This document shows positions 1 through 12,093 of a stretch of DNA of 64,000 nt, piece after piece. The translations under genes were made by a program, and so were the position numbers. Position 1 is the first letter of the stretch, and each line of letters starts with the position of its first letter. A model generated the notes under the pieces. The model searched no databases. It worked only from the letters and a program-made list of their open reading frames with translations, and had not been told where the DNA came from. This DNA is from Marsupella aquatica (lineage: Eukaryota > Plantae > Marchantiophyta). Location: the NCBI GenBank assembly GCA_973895155.1, contig OZ316896.1, positions 4,531,925-4,595,924 on the forward strand. The letters run 5' to 3'.

Positions 1-1292
1 TGGTTCAATAGGATCGCATACGTCTGCCAGCACTCGTTCCAAGAATCTAGGCATTTCATGGATGGTCTTAGAAACAAAAGGTCTAAGTATTAACTTTCCT
101 TGAGAACATGCCATGCATGAATGATTTTGATTCTTTGGACGTGCATTTTGTGGTATTCCGTGGGGTACTCTCTTCATCTTTTGAAACATATTCATGCCAG
201 GGTGTCCAAGCCTAGTATGCCAAAGGTCATATAGATACATTTCATATGTAGTGGAATGAAAAGCATTCAATTGTGTGACATAGAAACCCAATGGATACGC
301 GAAAAGTATTTCTTTTATTTGCATTCCATCGAAAGCATTCTGTAAAATATGAATTACCTCCTGGTTCTTTTTTGTACTGGTGTGAATATGGTATCCGTTA
401 TCTCTAATGTCCTTGAAGCTAATTAAGTTTCTCGTGGCATTAGGTGCATAGATGACGAATTTAATGTGAATAGTGGTGCCCTGAGATAACGTGATGGTAG
501 CGGGTCCATTACCTTCTTCTATTTGGTTACTCCTCATAATAGTGGTCATATTCCTATGGGAGGGAGTAAACTGCGTGAAATAGTCCCTACATTTTAGTAT
601 AGTGTGGGACGTGCCGTTATTTACTATACAGGTCCTAATGTCGTCCAAGGGTAAGGATTCCTGTTGTAGTGTAATCATATGTGTCTCAGGGATGGCCTCA
701 TCATGAGTGTAGTTTTCTAGATATTCATCTTTGAGTTCGTCAGTAGCAACTCTTGATGTCTCTCGGCTAGTAACATGTGAGCTATGAGTTCAGAGTACTT
801 GGTGAACTTTATGTTTTTGAACTGTGAAGACAATATCATGTTACTCAAGTGAAACGTAGATAGTGTCTTCTCTATCTGCTCTTCGTCATTCATTGGTTGG
901 CCGCATAGGGCCAACTGTGACGTGATACGGAAGAGTTCACTATTGTAGTTTACTATGGATGTATGGTCCTGGACTCTAAGGTTAACCTAGTCATGGCAGG
1001 CTTTGGGGAGGTGCATGATCTTGGTATGGTTGAATCTATCCTTTAGTTGTTCCCAAAGGTTTTGAGGGTTTTCTTCGTTTAGGTATTGCAGTTTTAGGGG
1101 TTCTACTAAGTGGTGTCTTATGAGCACCAAAGCTCTCGCTTTTTGCTGGGTTGTGGTTCCTTGATCAATAATGATTGTTTTATGGATATCTTTGGCTATG
1201 AGGTCAATAGCTTTTATGTCCAGGGACCAGGATAGGTAATTCTCCCCCTCAATGGTTAAGGGGAGGAAGTTTAATTTTTGTATCGATGCCAT
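1..1292 (-). pseudogene. Copia gag-protease-integrase (partial, disrupted)
   Basis: ORFs 987-1382 and 717-914 are consecutive gag pieces separated by stops. Protease and integrase motifs follow, and the element runs off the window start. Confidence 0.85.
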
Positions 1293-2499
1293 AGTTCGTG
1301 TTTTAGGGTTAGGTCTCGGGTTGGGTCTTGTGTTTAGGTTTAGGGCTAGGGTTAGGTTTAATGTTGGTGATAATGTATGCAAGAATTTAAGGTAGTTCTG
1401 TTTAATGCCACTGAAGTGTTGAGTTTTGTGTGTCTCGTTTAGTAATGGTTATAGGTTCTGTGCGCTTTCAGGAAATCAAAGGTATATTTTTGCCTTTTCG
1501 TGTTTGGTTTTAGGGTTCCCTTATTAATATAAGGTTCCTTCATGTGGTTTAAGTTTCTATTTAGGTTTAGTGCCATATACAAGGTAAGTGTAAAGGAGGA
1601 GAAAATGCGCTTAAAAGTTTGCACTTAAGTTTGGTTTTTGTGTTTGCTTTGTGGAAATGTGTTTAGGTTTTATCTCCTTTTGGTTACTCTAACCCTCTTT
1701 GAATGCATGGGTTCCTTTGTAAATGGGATTTCTCTTTGTTTCAGTTTGCGTTTGTGGATGGTTTACGGTTATGTGCGCTTCCTTGGTTAAGTGCACAGAT
1801 TCTTTTGTATGCGGAAATGGCTTTGAATGTGTTTGCGCTTGAGGGGGTTTTTTCTACTTATCGGTTTTCCTTTGTGTTTTGTCGTTGTTTTGGTTCCCTT
1901 TGTTGCCGGGTTGCCGTTCTCTCCTCGGCAGTGCTCCCTTTCGCCTCGAGAGTCACCAACTCAGCACGTTCCTTTGCTCTATTCTTTCTGCTCTCATCAC
2001 CTTTTGCTCATTTTTCCTTATGCTTCCATTCCTTCATGCTTTTCTGCCCAGTCGTTGTTTCTGCCCTGTCTATCTTTGCCCAACGTCATGCTGAACGGAT
2101 TTGAGTATCGAGAGCGATAATTTAGATCCCGTTTTCAGGGGGAAGTCCGGAGTCAACCAAGGCACCCGCCGCAATCCTTTCTTATACTCGCTCTCATGAC
2201 TGCTTTCAGTTTTTTGCCTTTGAATGGGCTCCTGGTTGACTTCTTGGTCGTCAACTTGCTGTCTCTCAAAGCAATTGAAACCTTACAATATTTCAAACTC
2301 CTCAGAAGGATGATCGTGAGATGTGTCGTAGTGTTTTCGAAACGAAAACGGCTGGACCTCCTTGTCGCCTCTTTTGTTGAATATCGATTGAGTTTCTCAA
2401 ACCTTAAACCACAACTCGGGGTATATAATGACCCCGAGCCCTGCCCGAGCGCGTGCCACTCTGCCCGCTGGGTCAGCGGCCAGTTCTCCCCCGGAGGAC

Positions 2500-3560
2500 T
2501 AACCCGGCGTCAGTAGGGCCCCCTCCCCACCAGCCCTAGAGCCCTCGGTTGCCCCTGTGAGCTGCTGCCTGCCTCGCCCTCCGCTGCCCCTGCAAGTTGC
2601 TGCCTGCCTGCCTCGCCCTCGGCTGCCACTGCGATCTGCTGCCTGCCTGCCTTGCCCTCCCCTCCTCCTACGAGCTGCTGCATCCTCGGCCTCCTCTTGC
2701 GAGCTGCTGCTCTGCTTCTCTGCTTCTCTGCTGCATGTCTCTCCCTCTACCTTCGAGCTTATGGCTGCCATAGCCAGCCACTGACTGCCGCTGCTTGCTG
2801 CGCCCTTGGCTTCCCCTGCTTGTTGTGCCATCGGCTGCCCTTGCTCGCTTTTGCTCACTCCTCAGCTGTTGCTGAATCGATTTGCTACCGGCTGTTGCTC
2901 GTTGCTTCCTCGGCTGATGCTGCTTCAACTCGCTGCACCTTCAACTCGCTGCTGAAGCTCGCTGCTGCCTCGTTGCTGCCTCGGCTGAAGGTCGCTGCTG
3001 CCTCGCTGCTGCCTTGGCTGTTGCTGCTGAAGCTGAAGGTTGCTGCTTCAACTCACTGCACCCTCCCAGCTGAATGTGTGCCCTCCTCCCTTCGACCTTA
3101 CGGCGCCATAGCCAGCCACTGTCTGCCGCTGCTTGTTGCGCCCTCGGCTGCCCCTGCTTGTTGTGCCATCGGCTACCCTTGCTCGCTTTTGCTCACTCCT
3201 CGGCGTTGCTGAATTGATTTGCTACCGGTTGTTGCTTGTTGCTTCTTCGGCTGATGCTGCTTCAACTCGCTGCACCTTCTACTTGCTGGTAAAGCTCGCT
3301 GCTGCCTCCCTGCTGCCTCAGCTGTTGCTCCCTTGGCTGTTGCTCCCTCGGTTGAAGCTCGCTGCTGCCTCGGCTGTTGCTGCTGAAGCTGAAGCTCGCT
3401 GCTTCAACTCGCATCTTCCTCCCAGCTGAAAGTGTGCCCCGAATTGTTGTTGCCTCGGTCCAAGCTCGCTGATCCTGCTGAAGCTTGCTCGCTGCTGCCT
3501 TGGTTTCCCTCACCAATCTAGATCGCTACTGAAGCTTGCTTGCTGCTGCAGGTGAAGGGT
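2500..3560. repeat. GC-rich low-complexity (GCT/GCTGCCTC) region with an internal ~200-bp duplication, subterminal in the Kolobok
   Basis: Recurrent GCTGCTGCCTCG units; 2755-2960 is repeated at ~3100-3300. Confidence 0.75.
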
Positions 3561-4073
3561 TGCTCGCTCCATTCCTCAAGCTCCTTGTTCATGTCATTGT
3601 GCCCACATTCAACGTTGAGGATAGAGGTGTTTTTCCAGCTTCAGGTTCACCAGGGAAGCTCCAACTCGCTGGTCTTTTCTCCTCCTTGTTTACATTGTAT
3701 AACATTCGATTAGGAGTCTGTTGATCTCGGCCTCATTGTGCTGTTGCGAGTTGGTAGCCCTTTTGCCCGAGTTTGTGTTGGGTTTTTTTGCTGCTGCTGC
3801 AAGCTGAGGCATTTCTACTGGAGTTTCAACTACGATTTTGTTGCTGTTACTCTCAGTCTCACTGTACTCTCAGTCTCCACTGACAGTGATTTTCTGGGCT
3901 CTCGACATCCATTTTGGCTCACAACCACGTTTGAGCGAACTTCCTAATCAAATTTGCTAGCGAATTTCTTCTCTGCTGCCATATTGTGATTGCAATGTCA
4001 AGTTTCGAGCAATATGAGAATGTTGGGCAACAACAGCATATGTGATATGTGACTGTTGCATTTTATCAGGAAC

Positions 4074-4472
4074 ATGGCACCAATTAGAAAGCTGAGAGCC
4101 ACATTGACTGAACGTGACAATGGGAGCTACATCTTGAGTTGGCAGGATCCTACTGATGTTGACAATGCTCCACCCGTTGTCCGGATTGTTACATTGGAAC
4201 AAGTCCAAGCTACATTTCCAGAGTTCTGTACTACAATTTCAGAGTGTCATGTGGATCTCAATCCTGCAGTCCCAATTGAACAGTTTATCATGTGCGCAGC
4301 ATACAGTTATGCTGAAACTGTCATGAGAAGGAAAAGATATCAGGTCTACACTCACTTGGCTTATGTAGCTGGGTTTTCTGATAGAACCAAGTTTCCCGAA
4401 GCTATTGAAGCTTGTGTGAAGGCAACTTGGCATGATGAAGGGGAGGAATTTGTAGGATTTATCCCAAATTAG
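4074..4472 (+). CDS. KolX-like accessory protein (P2X7 C-terminal-like domain)
   Basis: C-terminus RKRYQVYTHLAYVAGFSDRTKFPEAIEACVKATWHDEGEEFVGF fits the KolX pattern R..AY....G...R..lP.Cv...Ir..fP....y.GF. The ORF converges with the transposase. Confidence 0.7.
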   Translation: MAPIRKLRATLTERDNGSYILSWQDPTDVDNAPPVVRIVTLEQVQATFPEFCTTISECHVDLNPAVPIEQFIMCAAYSYAETVMRRKRYQVYTHLAYVAGFSDRTKFPEAIEACVKATWHDEGEEFVGFIPN

Positions 4473-4551
4473 GAGTAGATAGGCTTCTGCTATGTTTCAC
4501 TGTTGTTTGAAATTTTTGTGAAGAGCTACTAATAAAGTTTTTGCAGAGTAT

Positions 4552-4662
4552 AACTCCTGCTGGTTGGCAGCGGAAGGGGTTCAATTCCCCTTGGGAGTAC
4601 ATGCAGTAGAACTCCTGCTGGTTGGCAGCAGAAGGGGTTCAATTCCTCTTGGGAGTACATGC
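4552..4662 (+). repeat. Two tandem copies of a ~57-bp tRNA-like (B-box/T-arm) unit
   Basis: AACTCCTGCTGGTTGGCAGCGGAAGGGGTTCAATTCCCCTTGGGAGTACATGC occurs twice, with minor variants. Confidence 0.7.
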
Positions 4663-4807
4663 GTTACAATACCATAAAAGTTCCCTTGGGATGTGTCCAT
4701 ATTCAATGAAACCAAAATGAACAAGGTTGCCAAAGGGACTCAAATGATTACTACCTCTCAAAGCTGTTTTTTGTTGTCATATGTCATTCAATAACCACAA
4801 ACTTTAC

Positions 4808-5235
4808 TCATTCCCTCACTTGGTTCAAGTCCTAAAGTTTTATCATTCCCTCACTTGGTGGTCAAGTTATAAGATTGTCTGGCCACGGTATGAAAAAACT
4901 TGACAAATTTTTTTTTATAAAAGTGTGAAAAGTTATGAACTTTTCACATTCACTCACTTGGTGCTAAGGTTATACGATTTTTTGGGCCACGGCATGAAAA
5001 AACCAAACTACAAAGATAATCATTCCCTCACTTGGTGCTCAAGTTATAAGAGTTTTTGGGCCACAGCATGAAAAAACAAGACTACAAAGATAATTTATAA
5101 AAGTGTGAAAATTTGGCATAGCATTCCAGGTGTTTGTAATAGTGTACCCCCCCAAGCAGGTTTGCTAACCCTACCCAAAAAGGTTGGAATACAAGTGGTT
5201 TGCTAACCCTATCCAAAAAGGGTGGAATACAAGTC
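4808..5235. repeat. Degenerate tandem repeats between the convergent Kolobok genes
   Basis: CATTCCCTCACTTGGT occurs four times (one variant); GGTTTGCTAACCCTAxCCAAAAAGGxTGGAATACAAGT occurs twice. Confidence 0.75.
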
Positions 5236-5575
5236 ATGCCAGGTCTCAGCCCTCCTCAAGGAATCACCCCTGCAATAGTAAACAATAAATTAGAATTGAG
5301 GTACACAAAATGATAAACTTTCACACTACAATGAATTGTTTCCAAAAAGATTGAGTCACAACTTTTCACTTACCTGAGGTATGTTAGCTGAGGTCATATA
5401 TGGAGGTGTGACTCCATATGTACGCTGACCTTATATAGAGACACTACTTGGGTGGTAATGTTTGAGCAACCAGGATCATCCTGCCAAAAAAACTCATTGT
5501 AATTAGAATTACCATGAGCATAGAGTTTCCTTACATTTTATGTTGGCAATCATATTTATAGAGCAGTGTGTTACC

Positions 5576-8500
5576 TCATGGACGAGTCACACCATAAATG
5601 CGTTCACTTGTTGCTTCCTTCCAACTCATGGTCCGGTCCACCAATACTCGTGTTCGAGGAGGGCGCTCCCTCACAGCAGTGTTCACAGGTGTACGATTGT
5701 ATACCTTCCAGACATGTCTTCTGATATTCTCGTTCCAATCCATGGCAGCACAACTCAAACGGGCCTCATGACTGGCTGAGAAATGAATGCGCTTGGTCGC
5801 ATACTTGCCCATCACGGAATGGTAGGTCTCTGACATGAAATTCTCTCGGGCCATGGTATAAAACCTCATCTTCGCGGGAGTAATATATTTTCTCATGAAC
5901 TTTTGCATGGCCTTATGAGTCTCTCCACCTACATATACAAAAAGTCATAAAATATCAACGATGCTAACCTAAGTTATAACTCACATTAAAATTGCATAAT
6001 TAGTAAAAGATTTACCATTCTCATAGTAATGGTCAACTTGGATGGCTCCAGGCTCCCCAAGATGCTGACAAGGCCGGTCAGATAGTCCTGCACATAATCT
6101 GTGATCCCCGGCCCAATGATCACCACAGTTGCCCAATTCAAAAGCCAAGGATGCAGCATCTCCACCACTGCATAATGAACATTGAAAGTTGTTACTTTTG
6201 TCAAAACTAAATCATCACATCTGCAACAATTACTACACTTGGATATGTAAAAGTCAAGAAGTCACACCATATTAGCACTATGCATACCTGTTCTTACACC
6301 GACGACAACATACGTAGAACCATGTCTTCAGCTTTGTGGCAATGTTGTGCTGAGACAACTCTGGGTACTTGAGGCCACGTGTCGGAATATGTACTAGTTC
6401 TCCAGGAGGCAGCCCACGCATGTCACCTACTTTATGGATGAATGCTTCCTTCCTAAGAGTAGAGTACCCTCTCACTCCCCTACTCTTCAACCAATCCTGT
6501 AACTTCTTAGCTGTGACTGCTTGCAACTCAGAACGAGATGCAGCAGTGTCAATGTCAATGGTCACAGTGTAGGTTGCTCTCACCATCTTCTCCACAAACT
6601 TCTTGATGAGATTTTTGGCCTTATGCCACAAGTCTTTCTGGTTCCTAATCCCCATGTCCTCCACAATATTATCAATAGTGGCTTTGTCATCATGGATAAC
6701 CTCCGTGATAGAGATCCCTCCCTCTCTCAAATTTTCCAATGCTCTTTCAGTACCCTTGTCCTCCATGTGCCAAGCATTTCTCTCCTCCCTCCTAGTAATT
6801 GTCACCATTTCAATTACCCTATTATCGTCAACATTGAGGATAGAGGTGGTACCATGAAAACCGCTCCGAGAAGAATCCCATCGAGTATCTAAGTACACTA
6901 GTAACCCAGGGTCTATCATAAACAAAGCACACACACATGCACTATATATGAGAAACAGATCAACTAAAACTTTGGCTAGAAGAGCATGGTCCTTGAATAC
7001 CCCAAAAAGCTGAAGGACCTAAAACAGATAATTACTTACCAAGCTCAGTTGCTCGCCGCTGCTGAATATCATCCTTCAACTGCTGCCACATGTGCCTTTT
7101 ATTTTCTTCCCATTGTGCCTTCACAGCTGCTATCCATCCACCACGAGGTCGGCCACGACCACTATGAAAATCATGCCAATGAGCTGCAGTAGGAACATGT
7201 AAACCAAGATGTGCAGCAACAGCAGCCAAAGACGTATAGGTGAGGCCAGCGCAAAGGGTGGAATGATACAACTGGGGGGTAATCATAGGAGAACTCCTCC
7301 CAGGCTCATTGTCACCAGTAACAAAAGTCCAGCCATGGCCATCCTCTCCACAACCAATGTGAATCGACCACAACTGATGTAACTCCCTCACTCGTTGAAC
7401 CCTTGGACTCCTAGAACATCCATGTATATGACACCGAGGGAGTAGCCTATCAACAAAAGTAGCCAACAAGTTGCGATCAAAAAATGCTACCCTAGCAGGT
7501 TGACGAGGCGTTGCTCTACGAGTCGGGACAAGGTCCGGAGGCTGTGATGGCTGAGAATCAGGGATATGAGACTCGTGTGAGTCTGTTTGTGCTGGTGGCC
7601 GAGGCCCAATATCTGATGATGGCTGAGAATCAGGTGCAATGAATGGCTCCTGGTAGAAGAAGCCCACATACATATATCAAAAAGTGTTATTCAGAAATTT
7701 GGAATTTGTACAAGGAAAGGCAAGGAGAGTGTCAAAGGGAGGGGGGAGGTCAAACCTGAAAGGTATCCTCATTCCCAACGTTGTTAGCTCCTAAAGCTGT
7801 AAGAGACTCCGGATCATCATCTCGGTAAATGGCATCATCTTCTGCGTCTGATCCGTATTGCTCGGCAATATGCTCCTCCAAAACTACATCCTGCTCAAGA
7901 GGTGAATCCCATCCATCCTAGAAACAATGTGGGGATTATAGAATAATTAGTACCCTCAAATATGATTTTACCTAAACCATAAACTTCAAGGGAGTAAAAA
8001 CAATTGCTGTTGGTCCTTGGGTATTGAAGTTATTTTGTTGAAAGACCCAAAAACCTGAACCCAAAGGCATGACTCACATTATGGAATGCACCATTGTTTG
8101 GTTACTACAATGCTGCATAACATAACAAAATAAAGAAACTATGATTCACACTATTTGTAAGGGGAGAGTACTGTGTGCTTGTTGGTATGGTGGTTTATAA
8201 TGTGTGGACATTGGTAGTCACAGTTTATGCAAGTATTGGACAATGTGTTCTTGTTGCTATTTACCAGGGCCTTTGTTATTGCTTGATATATAGATTATAA
8301 TGTGTGGACAGTACCCTAATTTTGTTTACTATTTCACTTGTGGTTTATTAGGACAAATATTTGAGTACCCTGATATTTGTTACTATAAATAAGAACCTAT
8401 ATATTTTTGTTTCTGCCCATTATGCATAGTTGACATAAGTACCATCAGCGTGAGTAAAAACAAATAATGATAAAATGGGCAAATGCTAAGTGAATGAAAG

Positions 8501-8886
8501 AAGGTATCCACATACCTGACGTGGTGGTCGTGAAGGCTGACCCATGTGCTGCTCACTCGTGGGCGATGGTTGTGCCTCGGGCCCAATTGGAGCTGCCTCT
8601 GACGCTCGCCATACCCGAAGCTCCTGAATTGTCGGTTGCGCACGATCAAGTAACCATGTGACAACAGTGGAGTGTGTGGTATCCTGTCCAAGTAGAGCTC
8701 TAAGGTCCTCCCACTCATCCCACCGATCTAGTGGGACCCGGATTTCGGGCTTGGCATCCGGTCTCCTCCTTTTCTTGTAGTCTATGTCATCACTCGGATA
8801 CCGCTGTCTTGGTGGACCACCTCCCCGGGGGGGGGGCGTTTCCGCCTCCCATCCGGAAGAGGGGGGGGATGGCCCGCCGCACTCAT
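5576..8886 (-). CDS. Kolobok DDE transposase, multi-exon, possibly frameshifted
   Basis: N-terminal IRVPLDRWDEWEDLRALLGQDTTHSTVVTWLLDR; core YLDTRWDS...MEDKGT...IHDD...DLWHKAKNL; HWAGDHRLC...CQH finger exon (~6040-6170); C-terminal SETYHSVMGKYATKRIHF...ARLSCAAMDWNEN. GT-AG introns lie between the pieces. Confidence 0.8.
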
Positions 8887-9274
8887 AGTAACCTACTCTA
8901 AAACCTATGTAAAAAAAACCCTATCTACACTCTAGAACGGAGACCGGATGCCAAGCCCAACCCGGTGAATAATAACAAAGTTGTACAAAAAGAATGCAAA
9001 AACACAAGGAGAAAGAAGAAGTACTAACCCAACAATAGAGAAGTGAAGAGGAATGGCAAATGTGAACCACACATACCCTTTTGCCCCGTTATCACTCCTC
9101 CACCCCTCTTCCCCATTGGGTACATTTGTGACCGTTGGATCATGGAGGTTCGAAAGGGTCTTGTAACTAACCCTAATTGCCTCCCTAAGTGGCGGCTGCA
9201 CTAACTCCCGTAGTTGCCATCCGCATGGGGTACAGAATACAGCAGAAACTGCCAAAAATTGATACTTTACCTGT

Positions 9275-9350
9275 GTCTACGAGAGTGAAGCTTGAACCTG
9301 AGACCTGTGGGATGGAAGGCAATGATTCCAACCAATATGCTATGAGGACT
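9275..9350 (-). other. Degenerate tRNA-Gly(TCC)-derived sequence with A- and B-box-like motifs
   Basis: Minus strand TAGCATATTGGTTGGAATCATTGCCTTCCA...AGGTTCAAGC resembles plant tRNA-Gly (ATAATTGCCTTCCA). The stems are imperfect. Confidence 0.45.
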
Positions 9351-10242
9351 CTTCAAATACAAGGGAACCATAACTAATCATAAAGTAGTAACAGAATCCC
9401 AGCCCCCATGCCGGGTGGAGTGAGCCCTGTCCGTGGGTACCTCCGCAACGTCTGAGGAACCCTTACAAAGGCCGGCGGCTCCCACCCGCCTATATCCCCT
9501 GCAAGGTGTATTTCAGAGGCCAGGTGTCCACTGCCCTGCCTGCCCGAAAATTTGAAATTTGAAATTGTGTAGGCAACCAATCAGAAGAGTCTGTTTCTTT
9601 TTCGGTTGTTTCTCACTTATTTTGGGTCATTTTTTATTGCTGTTTTTTGCTAGGCGTAGATCTCAAAGAGATCTTCAATCTGAGCCATAGATCACCTCAA
9701 ACGGTGAACAAATGAGATGCCTGGGAGGTTCGATCGGAGGGCTGTGGTGAGGCGCGCGTCCGCAAATGCGACACTCGCGTTTCTGGAATGACTACTCCGG
9801 GTGACCCAGAGTACTTAAACCACGATTAGTGGTTTAAAGCTCCCGGCACTATGCAGCAATTGGTAAGAGTCACGTTCTCGGGTGCTCTGCACGTAAATCT
9901 CCCCAACGACGATTTCTAGGCCTCTCTCAGTCTTTCCTGTGGTCCATGTAGTTCACCTTGTCCTTCCCAATTCGATCTCAATTTATCTTGGGTAGTGTTT
10001 CAGGCTCACTTCAAAGCCTCGCTGTTTATTCCATTGCTCAGCTTCTGTTCTCTTCTCTTCTGTTCTCGTCTCGTTTCACCTCGCATTACACTGAAGTTGG
10101 GTGGCAAAGTCTTTCTGTATCTCCTGGTTGTGGCACCAATTTCTGCCTTCAATTTTCCAATATTGCTCTCAAGGTCCTAGTTCCGCTTTCTTCAAGATTT
10201 CAGATCTGATGCACCATGGCCTCTTGCTCCAAGCTAGTCGAA

Positions 10243-10390
10243 CGGTGGCGATAACGTATTATACATAAACTCCAACTGAATCCCAACTTCTCCCTGGGGT
10301 GTTTTATATATAGTGGCAAGGAGTACAAGGTTCCTAACCATAGTTAGGTTGAGACTCAACAACATCTTTAGAGCAACATCATCTATTACA
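10243..10390 (-). repeat. Putative PBS and short 5' LTR of the Bianca-like element
   Basis: Minus strand reads LTR...ACGTTATCGCCACCG (Bianca-type CGTTATC PBS). The ~120-135 bp segment has a TATA-like TATATA and ends in ACA at 10378 or 10390. The 3' LTR is outside the window, so the boundary is uncertain. Confidence 0.5.
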
Positions 10391-12093
10391 CATTGACATC
10401 TTTTGCATAAAAATATATTTCACTGATTCAAAGTACATATTTTGTACAATAATGTCTTTTACTTAAAGAACTCTTTTATGCAATGACATCTTTCTTTTGT
10501 GCAATGCAGTATAACACATGGGGATTGAACTTGTTCAAACATGAGTACACATTGGCCATAATAAAATTCGCTCCTTTAGCAAAATTTGAGAGAGGGTTAG
10601 ACAGTCAATTCCAAAGGGACAGCCTTTATCTACTCTTCAACCCTCTCACAAACTTTGCAATATGTCTGAAAGAGTGTTGCCACGACCCTGGTCATGGGAC
10701 CGATCCTCCCTGATGCCATGCAGGCTTTGCAGGCTTTGCAAACACTACCAATCCACTCTCAAGAGGCGAGAAGGGGGGGGGGGGGGGGGGGGGGGTAGGG
10801 GTGGAGGGCGCACCTCCCATTTACCCCTATTCTGGTCGCCATCTTCAATTCCCCTGTCAAATGGCAAGGCGGGGGATATCAGCCGCTCCTATTTCCTGTG
10901 ACCCACCCCACTTTCAACAATGTAAGGGGGTGAGGCAGGCGAGGAGGAGGGGGGTTCTACTACGATATCTCAAGCGTGAAGGTCCACAAGGGGTAGGACA
11001 AGCTTGTTCAAGCCCACCACTTACGGGAAAATGTGTGACCGTGACCCGAGTCAAAACCTACAGATTTCCTACAGCTCCTATTTCCTGTTCCCAACCCCTT
11101 TTTATGAGCAACAGTGCAGAGGGTGTAAAAATGAGCTCCCCAAAGCTGCTTTTATTAGGAAGAATACTGTGGCCCAGAGATTTGCTTGAAAGCGTTCAAT
11201 ACAACTCAGATTTGTTAGTTGCCACCAAATTCAGGCAAATCAAGATGTTTCTATAGAAAACTCCCCATTATATTGACGAAACCTTTGTGACTGCATCAAA
11301 CCCCAACATGTCATCTCCAGCCTGGTTGGCAGGCCAATTGCTTCAATTCCTACTGGAGGAGTTTCACTTCAAAAATTCTGTCAGAATCGTAGAATCTGTA
11401 ATCTCCATCGATTGACTTCAAGGATTTGCACTTCAAGAATTTAATACGATGTCAAGGGAGTGAATTTAATACGATATCAAGGGCCAAGTAACATTAAAAA
11501 ATGCCATGAATAGTGTTCTTAGAGAGATCATTGTCCCTCAGAAATGTCAATTCGGCGCAAGGTGCTTCTCCAGTTCGCTATTTTGATATAAAATCTAGCT
11601 TTTGGTTGGTTTGTTCTCCTTTTCTCATGATCACCTCGTTCATCACAAGAGCATCCTTCGAAGCTAATCGGCCCCTTCTGCCCAATTGCCCGTGTTATTA
11701 TTAAAACATGCACATCTGAAATCCTCCCCAGGAAGACATCAAATCCAGTCAGGTGAGTAGCCAGAAGAGAAGAGTGAGCTTTGAAAAAACATTATGAACA
11801 AATTGTGCGCAAGGTTCTGAACTCACCCAAAATTCGATTCAGATCGTGATGGTTATGCAGAACACCCCATTCGTATCACGATCGGATTCGCACACCACCC
11901 CAGTAAATCGCCTTTTCGTGGTCGAATCTTGTGGAAAGAAAGCAAATCCAATCGACGTACCACTTGATTCTGGAAGGCCTGACTCAAGTACCCTGGAACC
12001 CTCGAGGTAAGAAAATGAATGTTCAATGGGATAGCTTCCTAAAAAACGTTTGCTTCCCAGCAGAAGCACTTGCGATCCTTAACATGTGTACCA

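Larger units (their letters stand above)
2408..9833 (-). mobile_element. Kolobok-superfamily DNA transposon (7.4 kb)
   Basis: TTAA at 2404-2407 and 9834-9837. Imperfect 18-bp TIRs: ACCACAACTCGGGGTATA vs ACCACTAATCGTGGTTTA (14/18). Convergent transposase and KolX-like ORFs. Confidence 0.82.
1..10390 (-). mobile_element. Ty1/Copia LTR retrotransposon, Bianca-like, 5' part only, interrupted by a Kolobok insertion (2408-9833)
   Basis: Gag N-terminus MASIQKLNFLPLTIEGENYLSWSLD resembles Bianca gag. Degenerate protease motif CIVNNGTSHTIL (~595-630), WHxRLGHP-like pre-integrase (~190-225) and integrase start FLERVLADVCDPIEP (1-45). PBS-like CGTTATCGCC sits next to a short LTR-like segment at ~10243-10390. 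Confidence 0.75.

Noticed and set aside
1300-1370. Telomere-like TTTAGGG/TTAGG repeats before gag
   Set aside because: Short, degenerate and common in plant TE leaders.
2499-3724. Ala/Leu/Cys-rich ORFs
   Set aside because: By-products of GCT-rich low-complexity DNA with no recognisable domain.
10770-10810. Long poly-G tract
   Set aside because: A simple homopolymer with G-quadruplex potential only and no supporting context.
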